This document shows, piece by piece, positions 20,323 through 33,039 of a DNA stretch of 64,000 nt. Both the position numbers and the translations under genes were made by a program. The notes below the pieces were generated by a model. The model did not search any database. It had not been told where the DNA came from and was given only the letters and a program-made list of their open reading frames with translations. Origin of the DNA: Escherichia coli 042 (GTDB taxonomy: Bacteria > Pseudomonadota > Gammaproteobacteria > Enterobacterales > Enterobacteriaceae); NCBI RefSeq assembly GCF_000027125.1, contig NC_017626.1; one strand, 5' to 3'. Each line of letters starts with the position of its first letter. Position 1 is the stretch's first letter.

Positions 20323-21750
20323 TTATTGACGTGCGGCCAGCATAGCGGTCAGTTTTTCAGCCCAGGCTTTGGTTTCCGGTAAATCCACCACCGGCTGGCT
20401 GTAGTGACCACGGTTGTCCGGGGCGACAGGCGTGGTAGCGTCGATAATCAGCTTGTCGGTGATACCTGCCGGGCTTGAGCCGGGGTCGAGTTCCAGCACG
20501 GACATATTCGGCAACTGCACCAAATCCCCTGCAGGGTTCACTTTCGAAGAGAGCGCCCACATCACCTGCGGCAGGTTGAACGGATCAACGTCTTCATCGA
20601 CCATAATCACCATCTTCACGTAGCCCAGACCGTGTGGCGTGGTCATCGCACGCAGGCCCACCGCGCGGGCAAAGCCACCGTAGCGTTTTTTGGTGGAGAT
20701 AATCGCCAGCAGGCCGTGGGTGTACATAGCGTTCACCGCCTGCACTTCCGGGAACTCGGCTTTCAGTTGCTGATACAGCGGCACGCAGGTGGCAGGCCCC
20801 ATCAGGTAGTCGATTTCGGTCCACGGCATACCAAGATAGAGCGATTCGAAAATCGGTTTGGTACGGTAAGAGACTTTATCGATACGCACCACGGTCATGT
20901 TACGCCCGCCGGAGTAGTGGCCGGTAAACTCACCGAACGGCCCTTCGATTTCGCGTTTACGGCTTTCGATGACCCCTTCGAGGATCACTTCTGAACCCCA
21001 CGGCACATCAAAACCGGTCAATGGCGCGGTGGCGATCGGGTACGGGCTTTCACGCAGCGCGCCCGCCATTTCATACTCAGACTGATCGTATTTCAGCGGC
21101 GTGGCCCCCATCAGGGTGATGATCGGATCGTTACCGAGCGTGATGGCAATCGGCAGATCTTCACCGCGTTCTTCCGCTTTATGCAGATGCAGAGCGATAT
21201 CGTGCATCGGCACCGGTTGCAGGCCGAGCTTACGTTTGCCCTTCACTTCCATGCGGTAGATGCCGACGTTCTGCTTGCCGAAGTTATCCGGGTCGAGCGG
21301 ATCGCGGGAAACCACGCACGCTTTATCGAGATAGAAACCGCCATCACCGTCGTTTAAACGAAACAGCGGCAGAATATCGAACAGGTTGATCTCGTCGCCA
21401 TCGACGGTGTTCTGCGCCCAGGCTGGATTGGCGCGGCGCTCCGGGGCAATGGGGAAGTTATCCCAGCGGCGGATAAACTCATCAATCTGTTTTTTAACCG
21501 GGGTGTTTGGCGGCAGGCCGAGGGAAATCGCGTGGTTCTGCCAGGAACCGATGGTATTCATCGCCACGCGGGCATCGATAAAGCCGCGAATATTGTCAAA
21601 CCACAGCGCCGGTGCACCATCGCCGATACGTCCGGTGGCGTTGGCAGCGGCTGCCAGATCCGGTTCCGCGTTCACCTCTTCACTGATTTTCAGTAACTGG
21701 CCGTGGTCATCAAGCGCCTGTAAAAAGCTGCGTAAATCATCAAATGCCAT
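20323..21750 (-). CDS. ecdC: UbiD-family (prFMN-dependent) aromatic acid decarboxylase
   Basis: 475 aa with UbiD-family similarity. Confidence 0.85.
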   Translation of the reverse strand: MAFDDLRSFLQALDDHGQLLKISEEVNAEPDLAAAANATGRIGDGAPALWFDNIRGFIDARVAMNTIGSWQNHAISLGLPPNTPVKKQIDEFIRRWDNFPIAPERRANPAWAQNTVDGDEINLFDILPLFRLNDGDGGFYLDKACVVSRDPLDPDNFGKQNVGIYRMEVKGKRKLGLQPVPMHDIALHLHKAEERGEDLPIAITLGNDPIITLMGATPLKYDQSEYEMAGALRESPYPIATAPLTGFDVPWGSEVILEGVIESRKREIEGPFGEFTGHYSGGRNMTVVRIDKVSYRTKPIFESLYLGMPWTEIDYLMGPATCVPLYQQLKAEFPEVQAVNAMYTHGLLAIISTKKRYGGFARAVGLRAMTTPHGLGYVKMVIMVDEDVDPFNLPQVMWALSSKVNPAGDLVQLPNMSVLELDPGSSPAGITDKLIIDATTPVAPDNRGHYSQPVVDLPETKAWAEKLTAMLAARQ

Positions 21751-22343
21751 TATTCATTCTCCTGAGAAAAATTCCGGGCCTGCGGCAATCCTTGCCAGCG
21801 CCTGGCGTGAGGATGTTCGAGGCCAAATTGATCCAGCACGCGGGCTACCACATGGTGGACAATGTCATCTACCGTTTCGGGATGGTTATAAAAGGCAGGC
21901 ATCGGCGGCACCATCGCCACACCCATGCGCGAAAGTGCGAGCATATTTTCGAGATGGATTGTGCTAAGCGGCATTTCACGCGGCACCAGCACCAGTTTGC
22001 GGCCTTCTTTGAGCACGACGTCCGCCGCGCGCCCTACGAGACCATCGGCGTAACCAGCGCGGATACCGGCGAGCGTTTTCATACTGCATGGAATAACGAT
22101 CATGCCGTCGGTACGAAAGGAGCCGGAAGAGATAGTCGCAGCCTGATCCGCCGGGTTATGGCTGAAGTCTGCGAGGGCGGCAACATCGCGAGCGCTGTAA
22201 GGCGTTTCCAGTTCAATGGTGGTTTTCGCCCACTTCGACATCACCAGATGAGTCTCGACATTCGGCATCTCCCGCAGCGCTTGCAGTAATGCCACCCCAA
22301 GAGGCGCACCGGTAGCCCCTGTCATCCCGACGATCAGTCTCAT
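21750..22343 (-). CDS. ecdB: UbiX/Pad1-family flavin prenyltransferase
   Basis: 197 aa; N-terminal MRLIVGMTGATGAPLGV flavoprotein motif. Confidence 0.88.
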   Translation of the reverse strand: MRLIVGMTGATGAPLGVALLQALREMPNVETHLVMSKWAKTTIELETPYSARDVAALADFSHNPADQAATISSGSFRTDGMIVIPCSMKTLAGIRAGYADGLVGRAADVVLKEGRKLVLVPREMPLSTIHLENMLALSRMGVAMVPPMPAFYNHPETVDDIVHHVVARVLDQFGLEHPHARRWQGLPQARNFSQENE

Positions 22344-22360
22344 TGTTTATTCTCTTAATT

Positions 22361-22374
22361 GTTCGTATACGAAC
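22361..22374. promoter_or_regulatory. perfect palindrome in the divergent ecdB/hosA promoter region (candidate MarR-type operator)
   Basis: GTTCGTATACGAAC, 14 bp, self-complementary, about 18 bp upstream of ecdB start. Confidence 0.45.
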
Positions 22375-22489
22375 GTTATTATTAAAATACGCCTCTGTTT
22401 TCATCGCGGCAAGCACTGAAAAGTAACAACATCTTCTTCGTCACTGAAAAACCGCTATGATAGCGGCAGATAGTTTGCCCGGAGTTTAC

Positions 22490-22897
22490 ATGGCGTTACG
22501 AAATAAAGCGTTCCATCAGTTACGACAGCTTTTTCAGCAGCACACGGCTCGCTGGCAGCACGAGTTACCTGACCTCACCAAACCACAGTACGCGGTGATG
22601 CGCGCCATTGCTGATAAGCCTGGTATCGAACAGGTGGCACTGATAGAAGCAGCAGTCAGCACCAAAGCAACGCTGGCAGAAATGTTGACAAGAATGGAAA
22701 ATCGTGGCTTAGTCAGACGTGAACATGACGCCGCTGACAAGCGGCGACGCTTTGTCTGGCTGACTGCCGAAGGAGAAAAGGTACTTGCTGCGGCGATACC
22801 GATTGGTGACAGTGTGGATGCGGAATTTTTGGGGCGTTTGAGTGGAGAAGAGCAGGAGCTGTTTATGCAGCTGGTGCGCAAGATGATGAGCAAATAG
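22490..22897 (+). CDS. hosA: MarR/SlyA-family transcriptional regulator
   Basis: 135 aa from MALRNK; winged-HTH MarR pattern; divergent from ecdB. Confidence 0.85.
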   Translation: MALRNKAFHQLRQLFQQHTARWQHELPDLTKPQYAVMRAIADKPGIEQVALIEAAVSTKATLAEMLTRMENRGLVRREHDAADKRRRFVWLTAEGEKVLAAAIPIGDSVDAEFLGRLSGEEQELFMQLVRKMMSK

Positions 22898-22972
22898 GAT
22901 GCTGATTGCCGGGTAGGACGCTGACGAGTCTTATCCAGGCGACAAAACACACCGACTTCCCAAACAAAAGAA

Positions 22973-23002
22973 AAAGGCCAGCCTCGCTTGAGACTGGCCT
23001 TT
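22973..23002. terminator. rho-independent terminator after rpoS (shared with convergent hosA)
   Basis: aaaggccag-loop-ctggccttt stem; T-rich tail on the minus strand. Confidence 0.65.
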
Positions 23003-23017
23003 CTGACAGATGCTTAC

Positions 23018-24010
23018 TTACTCGCGGAACAGCGCTTCGATATTCAGCCCCTGCGTTTGCAGGATTTCGCGCAAACGGCGCAGGCCTTCAACCTGAATCT
23101 GGCGAACACGTTCACGGGTGAGGCCAATTTCACGACCTACATCTTCCAGTGTTGCCGCTTCGTACCCCAGCAAACCGAATCGACGTGCCAGCACTTCACG
23201 CTGTTTGGCGTTCAGCTCGAACAGCCATTTGACGATGCTCTGCTTCATATCGTCATCTTGCGTGGTATCTTCCGGACCGTTCTCTTTTTCATCGGCCAGG
23301 ATGTCCAGCAACGCTTTTTCGGAATCACCACCCAGCGGGGTGTCTACCGAGGTAATGCGCTCGTTAAGACGAAGCATACGGCTGACGTCATCAACTGGCT
23401 TATCCAGTTGCTCTGCGCTCTCTTCCGCACTTGGTTCGTGGTCCAGTTTATGGGACAACTCGCGTGCGGTTCGCAGGTAAACGTTCAGCTCCTTTACGAT
23501 GTGAATCGGCAAACGAATAGTACGGGTTTGGTTCATAATCGCCCGTTCGATCGTCTGGCGGATCCACCAGGTTGCGTATGTTGAGAAGCGGAAACCACGT
23601 TCCGGGTCAAACTTCTCTACCGCGCGGATCAGCCCCAGGTTGCCCTCTTCGATCAGGTCCAACAGCGCCAGACCACGATTGCCATAACGGCGGGCAATCT
23701 TCACGACCAGACGCAGGTTACTTTCAATCATCCGGCGACGTGAAGCGACATCTCCACGCAGTGCGCGACGCGCGAAATAAACTTCTTCTTCGGCCGTTAA
23801 CAGTGGCGAATAACCAATCTCACCAAGGTAAAGCTGAGTCGCGTCCAACACACGCTGTGTGGCCCCTTGCGATAACAGCTCCTCTTCAGCCAAATCGTTA
23901 TCACTGGGTTCCTCTTCAACTAAGGCTTTCTCGTCAAAAACCTCAACTCCGTTCTCATCAAATTCCGCGTCTTCATTTAAATCATGAACTTTCAGCGTAT
24001 TCTGACTCAT
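23018..24010 (-). CDS. rpoS: RNA polymerase sigma factor sigma-S (sigma-38)
   Basis: 330 aa full-length sigma-70 family protein; codon 33 reads Glu. Confidence 0.97.
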   Translation of the reverse strand: MSQNTLKVHDLNEDAEFDENGVEVFDEKALVEEEPSDNDLAEEELLSQGATQRVLDATQLYLGEIGYSPLLTAEEEVYFARRALRGDVASRRRMIESNLRLVVKIARRYGNRGLALLDLIEEGNLGLIRAVEKFDPERGFRFSTYATWWIRQTIERAIMNQTRTIRLPIHIVKELNVYLRTARELSHKLDHEPSAEESAEQLDKPVDDVSRMLRLNERITSVDTPLGGDSEKALLDILADEKENGPEDTTQDDDMKQSIVKWLFELNAKQREVLARRFGLLGYEAATLEDVGREIGLTRERVRQIQVEGLRRLREILQTQGLNIEALFRE

Positions 24011-24072
24011 AAGGTGGCTCCTACCCGTGATCCCTTGACGGAACTAGCAAGCAAAAGCCTGGTTCCGCCGAA

Positions 24073-25212
24073 TTATCGCTGCGGTAAATAACGCAGCGGG
24101 TTTACGGATTTCCCCTTGTAACGAATTTCAAAATGCAAGCGTGTTGAACTGGTTCCGGTGCTACCCATGGTTGCTATTTTTTGCCCCGCCTTCACTTCTT
24201 GTTGTTCCCGGACCAGCATTGTGTCGTTATGGGCGTAGGCACTCAGGTAATCATCATTATGTTTGATGATAATCAGATTACCGTAGCCGCGCAGCGCGTT
24301 ACCGGCATAAACAACGCGGCCATCTGCGGTCGCGATAATTGCCTGTCCTTTGCTGCCTGCGATATCAATCCCCTTGTTGCCCCCCTCAGAAGCGCCAAAG
24401 GTTTCGATCACTTTGCCCTCAGTCGGCCAGCGCCAGGTGGAGATAGGCGTACTGGTTGATGTACTGCTGACAGTCGGCTCGGTTGTGCTTGCTGTTGGTA
24501 CCGTTACAGGCGCTGTGACCGTGGTCGCAGTTGGCTTGTTGTTCGGCAACATTTTGTTAGCACTCTGTTCACCCGAAGACTCAGAATACGTAATTGTCGG
24601 TTGCGACGCAACAGCAACGGTGGAATTTTGTGCAGGCTTGATCACAACTCCTTGCTCTGCTGCGTCGGCCTGGGTAATGGCATTTCCGCCAGTGATTGGC
24701 GTACCGGAAGCATTACCCACCTGTAAGGTCTGACCGACGTTCAGCGCGTATGGTGCCTGAATATTGTTGCGCTGAGCAAGGTCACGGAAATCGTTGCCAG
24801 TAATCCAGGCGATATAGAAAAGTGTGTCGCCTTTTTTCACGGTATAGGTACTGCCGCTATAACTGCCTTTCGGAATGTTCCCATACTGACGGTTATAGAC
24901 GATGCGTCCGTTTTCCATCTGTACCGGCTGCTGAGCTACTGGCTGTACTGGCTGGATTTGCGGTTGTTGAGTAGCCTGAATTTGTGGCTGCTGTACCGGC
25001 TGAATTTGCGGTTGCTGCGCTGTAGACGTCGTTCCCATTTTCGGCGGTGGCGTAATCAACATACCAGAATTGGTATTTGCAGGCGCATTGCCATTAACGG
25101 AGCTTACCGGTGCCGGTGGATTTGAAGTGTCAGAACAGCCTGCCAGCCATAGCGAAACCAGTGACAAAGCCGCAATGCGGCGAACGGTGAATTTTGGGCT
25201 TCCCGCGCTCAT
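24073..25212 (-). CDS. nlpD: murein hydrolase activator lipoprotein (LysM + M23 domains)
   Basis: 379 aa; lipobox LAGC; QPQIQ repeats; C-terminal M23 peptidase-like domain. Confidence 0.95.
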   Translation of the reverse strand: MSAGSPKFTVRRIAALSLVSLWLAGCSDTSNPPAPVSSVNGNAPANTNSGMLITPPPKMGTTSTAQQPQIQPVQQPQIQATQQPQIQPVQPVAQQPVQMENGRIVYNRQYGNIPKGSYSGSTYTVKKGDTLFYIAWITGNDFRDLAQRNNIQAPYALNVGQTLQVGNASGTPITGGNAITQADAAEQGVVIKPAQNSTVAVASQPTITYSESSGEQSANKMLPNNKPTATTVTAPVTVPTASTTEPTVSSTSTSTPISTWRWPTEGKVIETFGASEGGNKGIDIAGSKGQAIIATADGRVVYAGNALRGYGNLIIIKHNDDYLSAYAHNDTMLVREQQEVKAGQKIATMGSTGTSSTRLHFEIRYKGKSVNPLRYLPQR

Positions 25213-25351
25213 TTATCCCCCAGGAAAAATTGGTTAATAACCAGTGACATAATTACCGTGCAAGGCACCATACTGAACACTGGAAAAGATGTTCACGATA
25301 CGCTGACCTGCGGCAAAATAACCAGGAAAAATCCAGGTATTTCCTCACGTT

Positions 25352-26713
<1,362 letters not shown>

Positions 26714-26733
<20 letters not shown>

Positions 26734-27763
26734 AATCACCTGTTGTGTTGATAAGTTCCCTGACAACGCTGGTTGCAAAACTACCCGCCGGAAGCCAGAA
26801 ACGGATTTCTACGGTGACGTCATCCCACCAGTTCCAGCTTAATTGTTGCGGATACAGCAGCATCGCTCTGCGCGCGGCTTCAACTTTTTCGCGCACCAGT
26901 AAGGCTTGTAATTCAGTTTCTGCGGCGACAGCTGCTTGTTCGAATGCCAACGCTTCACGCTGAGTTCCCCATTCGCCACTGCCCGGCAATGCGGCGGTTA
27001 TCATCAGCTCTTTATCGTTGACGCGACGCTGTAATTCCGCCAGTTCTTCGGTGGTTGCGACAAACCAGCTACCACGTCCGGCTAATTGTAGCGCATCGCC
27101 GTCAACAACTTGATTAACGTCTGCTTTTTTGAGGCGCTCAGCAACAATCTGATTAAACAACGCACTGCGGGCTGCCGACAACCAAAAACTCCGTTTATTG
27201 CGATCGCGCACCGGAGTATTGGTTTGCGCCCAGCGCAGCGCGCCCTGCAAGTTGCTACCGCCAATCCCGAAACGTTGGGCACCGAAGTAGTTCGGTACAC
27301 CTTTTACGCAAATATCGATCAGACGTTGTTCAACGTCATCGCGATTGCTCACTTCGCGCAGAACCAGGGTAAAGGCGTTACCTTTCAGCGCCCCTAAACG
27401 CAGCTTGCGCTTGTGCCGCACATACTCCAGCACCTGGCAGCCTTCCAGTTGAAAGGCGCTCAGATCGGGCATTTCCTTGCCCGGCACGCGAGCACATAAC
27501 CACTGTTCCGTTACAGCATGTTTGTCTTTTTGCCCAGCGAAGCTGACTTCACGGGCATGAATTTTCAGGAATTTCGCCAGTGCATCCGCCACAAAACGGG
27601 TATTGCAGCCGTTTTTGAGGATTCTAACCAGAATATGCTCACCTTCACCATCAGGCTCAAAGCCCAAATCTTCCACCACCACAAAGTCTTCCGGATTGGC
27701 TTTCAGCAACCCGGTGCCTTGCGGTTTACCGTGGAGGTAAGTGAGATTATCAAACTCAATCAT
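26714..27763 (-). CDS. truD: tRNA pseudouridine(13) synthase
   Basis: 349 aa ORF, position between surE and ispF. Confidence 0.92.
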
Positions 27764-28239
27764 TTTGTTGCCTTAATGAGTAGCGCCACCGCTTCACAGG
27801 CAATCCCTTCCCCACGTCCGGTAAATCCAAGTTTTTCCGTAGTAGTGGCTTTCACGTTAACATCATCCATATGGCAGCCGAGATCTTCGGCAATAAACAC
27901 GCGCATTTGTGGTATGTGCGGCAACATCTTCGGTGCCTGAGCGATGATAGTGACATCGACGTTGCCCAGCGTATAACCCTTCGCCTGAATACGACGCCAG
28001 GCTTCGCGTAGCAGCTCGCGGCTGTCGGCACCTTTAAATGCCGGATCGGTATCCGGGAACAGCTTGCCGATATCCCCCAGCGCCGCCGCGCCAAGCAATG
28101 CATCGGTCAACGCATGGAGCGCCACGTCGCCATCAGAATGCGCCAGCAATCCTTTTTCGTAAGGAATGCGTACGCCACCAATGATAATTGGGCCTTCACC
28201 GCCAAAGGCGTGTACGTCAAAACCGTGTCCAATTCGCAT
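27760..28239 (-). CDS. ispF: 2-C-methyl-D-erythritol 2,4-cyclodiphosphate synthase
   Basis: 159 aa; [14 protein letters not shown]-terminus. Confidence 0.96.
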
Positions 28240-28949
28240 TATGTATTCTCCTGATGGATGGTTCGGGTGAGGTAAAACTCGGCCAGTGCCAAATCTTCCG
28301 GGCGCGTGACTTTAATGTTATCCGCGCGGCCTTCGACCAACTGCGGATGAAATCCGCAATATTCCAGCGCCGAGGCTTCGTCGGTAATGGTAGCGCCTTC
28401 ATTTAGAGCGCGCGTCAGGCAGTCATGTAACAGCTCACGAGGGAAAAATTGCGGCGTCAGCGCGTGCCATAAGCCGTTGCGATCAACGGTATGAGCAATA
28501 GCATTTTTGCCCGGTTCGGCACGTTTCATCGTATCGCGCACTGGTGCGGCGAGGATCCCCCCCGTGCGGCTGGTTTCGCTCAACGTCAACAATCGCGCGA
28601 GGTCATCCTGATGCAGACAAGGACGAGCGGCGTCATGCACCAATACCCACTGCGCGTCGCCAGCGGCTTTCAGACCTGCCAGCACCGAATCGGCACGCTC
28701 ATCACCGCCATCTACAACGGTGATTTGCGGATGATTCGCCAGAGGAAGTTGTGCAAAACGGCTATCGCCAGGACTTATGGCAATGACGACACGTTTCACC
28801 CGGGGATGCGCCAGCAGCGCATGCACCGAGTGTTCAAGAATGGTTTGATTACCGATTGAGAGATATTGCTTAGGACATTCCGTTTGCATTCGACGGCCAA
28901 ATCCGGCCGCCGGAACCACGGCGCAAACATCCAAATGAGTGGTTGCCAT
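28239..28949 (-). CDS. ispD: 2-C-methyl-D-erythritol 4-phosphate cytidylyltransferase
   Basis: 236 aa; [11 protein letters not shown] motif. Confidence 0.96.
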
Positions 28950-28967
28950 GTTAATTCCCGGGCTGAT

Positions 28968-29279
28968 TTATCGATTGTTTTGCCCCGCAGACTGTGCGCG
29001 CTTCGACGCGTCAGGCACCAGACGATAAAAAGTTTCGCCCGGCCTGGTCATGCTGAGTTCATTACGCGCACGCTCTTCGAGCGCCTCCTGGCCGCCATTG
29101 AGATCGTCAATTTCGGCAAAAAGTTGATCGTTTCGCGCTTTAAGTTTCGCGTTTGTAGCTTGCTGTGCCGCCACATCATCATTGACGCGGGTATAGTCAT
29201 GTATACCGTTCTTACCGAACCACAGCGAATACTGTAGCCAGACCAGAATAGCCAGCAACAGCAGCGTTAGTTTACCCAT
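28968..29279 (-). CDS. ftsB: cell division protein FtsB
   Basis: 103 aa; N-terminal membrane anchor plus coiled coil. Confidence 0.93.
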
Positions 29280-29472
29280 CCTGCCCCCTGAAAAACGGCA
29301 TCATCATCCCATGCATCCGAAGACGACTCTACATCCTCTGTTGGGGATACCGCGACAACGCGGGCAAATGTACCACATTTGTCCATTGTTACGTATACCC
29401 AGGGCGTGCAGAACATAATCTCATTATTAGTTACGGTTTGAATTATGAACAGAGGAGACAAGAAAGTACAAA

Positions 29473-29796
29473 TTAGCCCAGTAGCCACATAAACAGTGCG
29501 CCAAACATAATGCCTACTGTCATCAGGGTGAAAACAATACTGTAGCGTAGCTTTCCGTCCATCAATGAATGCAGCGCAATCCCCACCACTACTGCGACAG
29601 GCATCAGTGCCAGAAAGAAAGGCCAGGTGTAGATAAAGAAGAACAGCGTGTTAGAGCCATAAATCAACATCGGCATCGCCAGCGCAAATAACCAGGAGAT
29701 AAAACCGACCACGGCACCAGGCAGTGACCATGTGGTTTCTTCATCCTCAGTAAGGCTGTCGTTATTTGTTAGTGTAATGTTATGGCTATTACGCAT
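29473..29796 (-). CDS. ygbE: inner membrane protein (DUF3561)
   Basis: 107 aa ORF with three hydrophobic segments. Confidence 0.8.
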   Translation of the reverse strand: MRNSHNITLTNNDSLTEDEETTWSLPGAVVGFISWLFALAMPMLIYGSNTLFFFIYTWPFFLALMPVAVVVGIALHSLMDGKLRYSIVFTLMTVGIMFGALFMWLLG

Positions 29797-29845
29797 ATTT
29801 GATCCTGTTACTTTGACGAACCGGGCATGGAAACCCGGTGGTGTC

Positions 29846-30451
29846 TCAGGATCTGATAATATCGTTCTGTCTCAACAGATCTAATAATTGCTGTACCAAA
29901 TTTGTTACTAATTGTTCACCATTGAGATGAATTTCTGCCGATTCAGGCGCTTCGTAAACGGAATCTATTCCCGTAAAGTTGCGCAGTTCACCGGCACGCG
30001 CTTTCTTATATAAGCCTTTTGGATCGCGGGCTTCGCAAATCGCCAGCGGCGTATCGACAAATACTTCGATAAAGCGCCCTTCTCCTACGCGTTCACGAAC
30101 CATCTGGCGTTCGGCGCGGTGTGGCGAGATGAATGCGGTCAGCACCACCAGTCCGGCTTCAACCATCAAATTCGCCACTTCACCGACGCGACGGATATTC
30201 TCTTTACGATCGGCATCGCTAAAACCGAGATCGCTGCATAATCCGTGGCGAACATTGTCGCCATCCAGCAGATACGTACTGACGCCGAGTTTATGTAACG
30301 CCTCCTCCAGCGCCCCGGCGACCGTTGATTTACCGGACCCGGAGAGGCCGGTAAACCACAGCACTACACCACGATGACCGTGGTGTAGCTCGCGTTGTTG
30401 TACAGTGACTGGATGGCTATGCCAGACGACGTTTTCGTCATGCAGCGCCAT
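29846..30451 (-). CDS. cysC: adenylylsulfate (APS) kinase
   Basis: 201 aa; P-loop GLSGSGKST. Confidence 0.96.
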
Positions 30452-31878
30452 TATTTATCCCCCAGCAAATCGCGTGCGCCCCAGTGCGGAAAGTGGCGAC
30501 GAACCAGGGCATTCAATTCCAGTTCAAATGCACTGAATTCAGATGGCGCAGCAGTTGCCTGGCTAACTGGCTCGTGCACCATACCGGCACCCACGGTCAC
30601 ATTGCTCAGGCGATCGATAAAAATCAGCCCACCGGTAACCGGATTTTGCTGATAACGATCTAACACCAGTGGCTCGTCAAAAGTGAGATCCACCAGGCCG
30701 ATGCCGTTCAGCGGCAGGTTTTCAACTTCGCGTTGGGTAAGGTTATTAATATCAACCTGATAACGAATACCATCAACACGAGCACGCGTCTTCTTACCGG
30801 CAATTTTGATGTCATAACTCTGGCCCGCGGAAAGCGGCTGTTCCGCCATCCATACCACATCCACCGACGCGCTCTGCACAGCCGGTAACGCTTCGTCTGC
30901 CGCCAGCAGCAGATCGCCACGGCTGATGTCGATCTCATCCGTCAGCACTAGGGTGATCGCTTCTCCGGCAAAGGCTTCTTCGCGATCGCCATCAAAAGTC
31001 ACGATCCGCGCGACGTTTGATTCCACACCAGAGGGCAGCACTTTGACACGTTGCCCGACTTCCACTCGACCGGATGCCAGCGTTCCGGCGTAGCCACGAA
31101 AATCGAGATTCGGGCGATTAACGTACTGCACCGGGAAGCGCATTGGCTGGGCATCCACCACTCGCTGGATCTCCACGGTTTCCAGCACTTCGAGCAGTGT
31201 CGGACCGCTGTACCACGGCATACTTTCACTTTGCGAAGCCACGTTGTCGCCTTCCAGTGCAGAGAGCGGCACAAAGCGGATATCCAGATTACCCGGCAGC
31301 TGCCCGGCAAACGTCAGATAATCTTCGCGAATACGGGTGAACGTCTCTTCACTGTAACCCACCAGATCCATTTTGTTGATCGCCACGACCAGATGTTTGA
31401 TCCCCAACAGTGTGGAGATAAAACTGTGACGACGGGTTTGATCGAGCACGCCTTTACGGGCATCGATCAGTAAGATCGCCAGTTCACATGTCGATGCGCC
31501 AGTCGCCATATTGCGAGTGTACTGCTCGTGCCCTGGGGTATCGGCGATAATAAATTTACGCTTCTCGGTAGAGAAATAACGGTAAGCCACGTCAATGGTG
31601 ATGCCCTGTTCGCGCTCAGCTTGCAGGCCGTCCACCAGCAGAGCCAGATCCAGCTTTTCGCCCTGGGTGCCGTGACGCTTACTGTCGTTATGCAGCGATG
31701 AGAGCTGATCTTCGTAGATTTGGCGGGTATCGTGCAGCAGACGACCAATCAGGGTACTTTTTCCGTCATCGACGCTACCACAAGTCAGAAAACGCAGCAG
31801 GCTTTTATGTTGTTGCGCAATCATCCAGGCTTCGACGCCGCCTTCATTGGCGATTTGTTGTGCAAGTGCGGTGTTCAT
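30451..31878 (-). CDS. cysN: sulfate adenylyltransferase subunit 1 (GTPase)
   Basis: 475 aa; G-domain motifs [18 protein letters not shown]. Confidence 0.96.
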
Positions 31879-31879
31879 C

Positions 31880-32788
31880 TTAAAAATACCCCTGACGTTT
31901 TTTCAACTCCATGGATCCCGCTTGGTCGCGGTCAATCACGCGACCCTGACGTTCACTGGTGGTGGAAACCAGCATCTCTTCGATGATTTCCGGCAGTGTT
32001 TGTGCATTTGACTCCACCGCACCGGTCAGCGGCCAGCAGCCCAGCGTACGGAAACGCACCATCCGTTTTTTAATCACTTCTCCCGGTTGCAGGTCGATAC
32101 GGTTGTCATCAATCATCATCAACATACCGTCGCGTTCCAGAACCGGTCGTTCCGCAGCGAGATACAGTGGAACAATGTCAATATTTTCCAGCCAGATGTA
32201 TTGCCAGATATCCTGCTCGGTCCAGTTAGAGAGCGGGAAGACGCGGATGCTTTCGCCTTTGTTAATTTGCCCGTTGTAGTTGTGCCACAGCTCCGGGCGC
32301 TGATTTTTCGGATCCCAGCGATGGAAGCGGTCACGGAAAGAGTAGATTCGCTCTTTAGCGCGGGATTTCTCTTCGTCGCGGCGCGCACCACCGAAGGCGG
32401 CATCAAAACCGTATTTGTTCAGCGCCTGTTTCAGGCCTTCAGTTTTCATAATATCGGTATGTTTCGCGCTGCCATGAACGAATGGATTAATCCCCATCGC
32501 TACGCCTTCCGGGTTTTTATGCACCAGCAGCTCGCAGCCGTAGGCTTTAGCCGTACGATCGCGGAACTCATACATCTCGCGGAATTTCCAGCCGGTATCG
32601 ACATGCAGCAACGGGAAAGGCAGCGTACCTGGATAAAACGCCTTGCGCGCCAGATGCAGCATGACGCTGGAATCTTTACCGATAGAGTAGAGCATCACCG
32701 GATTTGAGAATTCTGCCGCCACCTCGCGAATAATGTGGATGCTTTCCGCCTCCAGTTGCCGCAGGTGAGTAAGTCGTTTTTGATCCAT
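31880..32788 (-). CDS. cysD: sulfate adenylyltransferase subunit 2
   Basis: 302 aa; PAPS-reductase-like fold with SIGKDS motif. Confidence 0.96.
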   Translation of the reverse strand: MDQKRLTHLRQLEAESIHIIREVAAEFSNPVMLYSIGKDSSVMLHLARKAFYPGTLPFPLLHVDTGWKFREMYEFRDRTAKAYGCELLVHKNPEGVAMGINPFVHGSAKHTDIMKTEGLKQALNKYGFDAAFGGARRDEEKSRAKERIYSFRDRFHRWDPKNQRPELWHNYNGQINKGESIRVFPLSNWTEQDIWQYIWLENIDIVPLYLAAERPVLERDGMLMMIDDNRIDLQPGEVIKKRMVRFRTLGCWPLTGAVESNAQTLPEIIEEMLVSTTSERQGRVIDRDQAGSMELKKRQGYF

Positions 32789-33039
32789 AACCGTTCCTTT
32801 GCAATACCGCTATTTTCTTGCCATCAGATGTTTCGACTATAGGGAGCGCAGGAGAACGAATGAAATTACCAATTAGAATGAGTAGTTCCTTAACGGAATA
32901 ACGATTTGGCAAAGCTAATATCAAAAAGTGCTTAAGGCACCGGATTTCGGGCGTTTAGGAAGATTTGAAATTGTTTTAGCGCATCGGCAGTTTCATACTA
33001 TGGCGGTAAAAAAATTTGCATGGTATTTAAGGACTCACT

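Noticed and set aside
29267-29488. 73-aa minus-strand ORF between ftsB and ygbE
   Set aside because: Overlaps both flanking gene ends, with no recognisable domain or RBS; treated as non-coding spacer.
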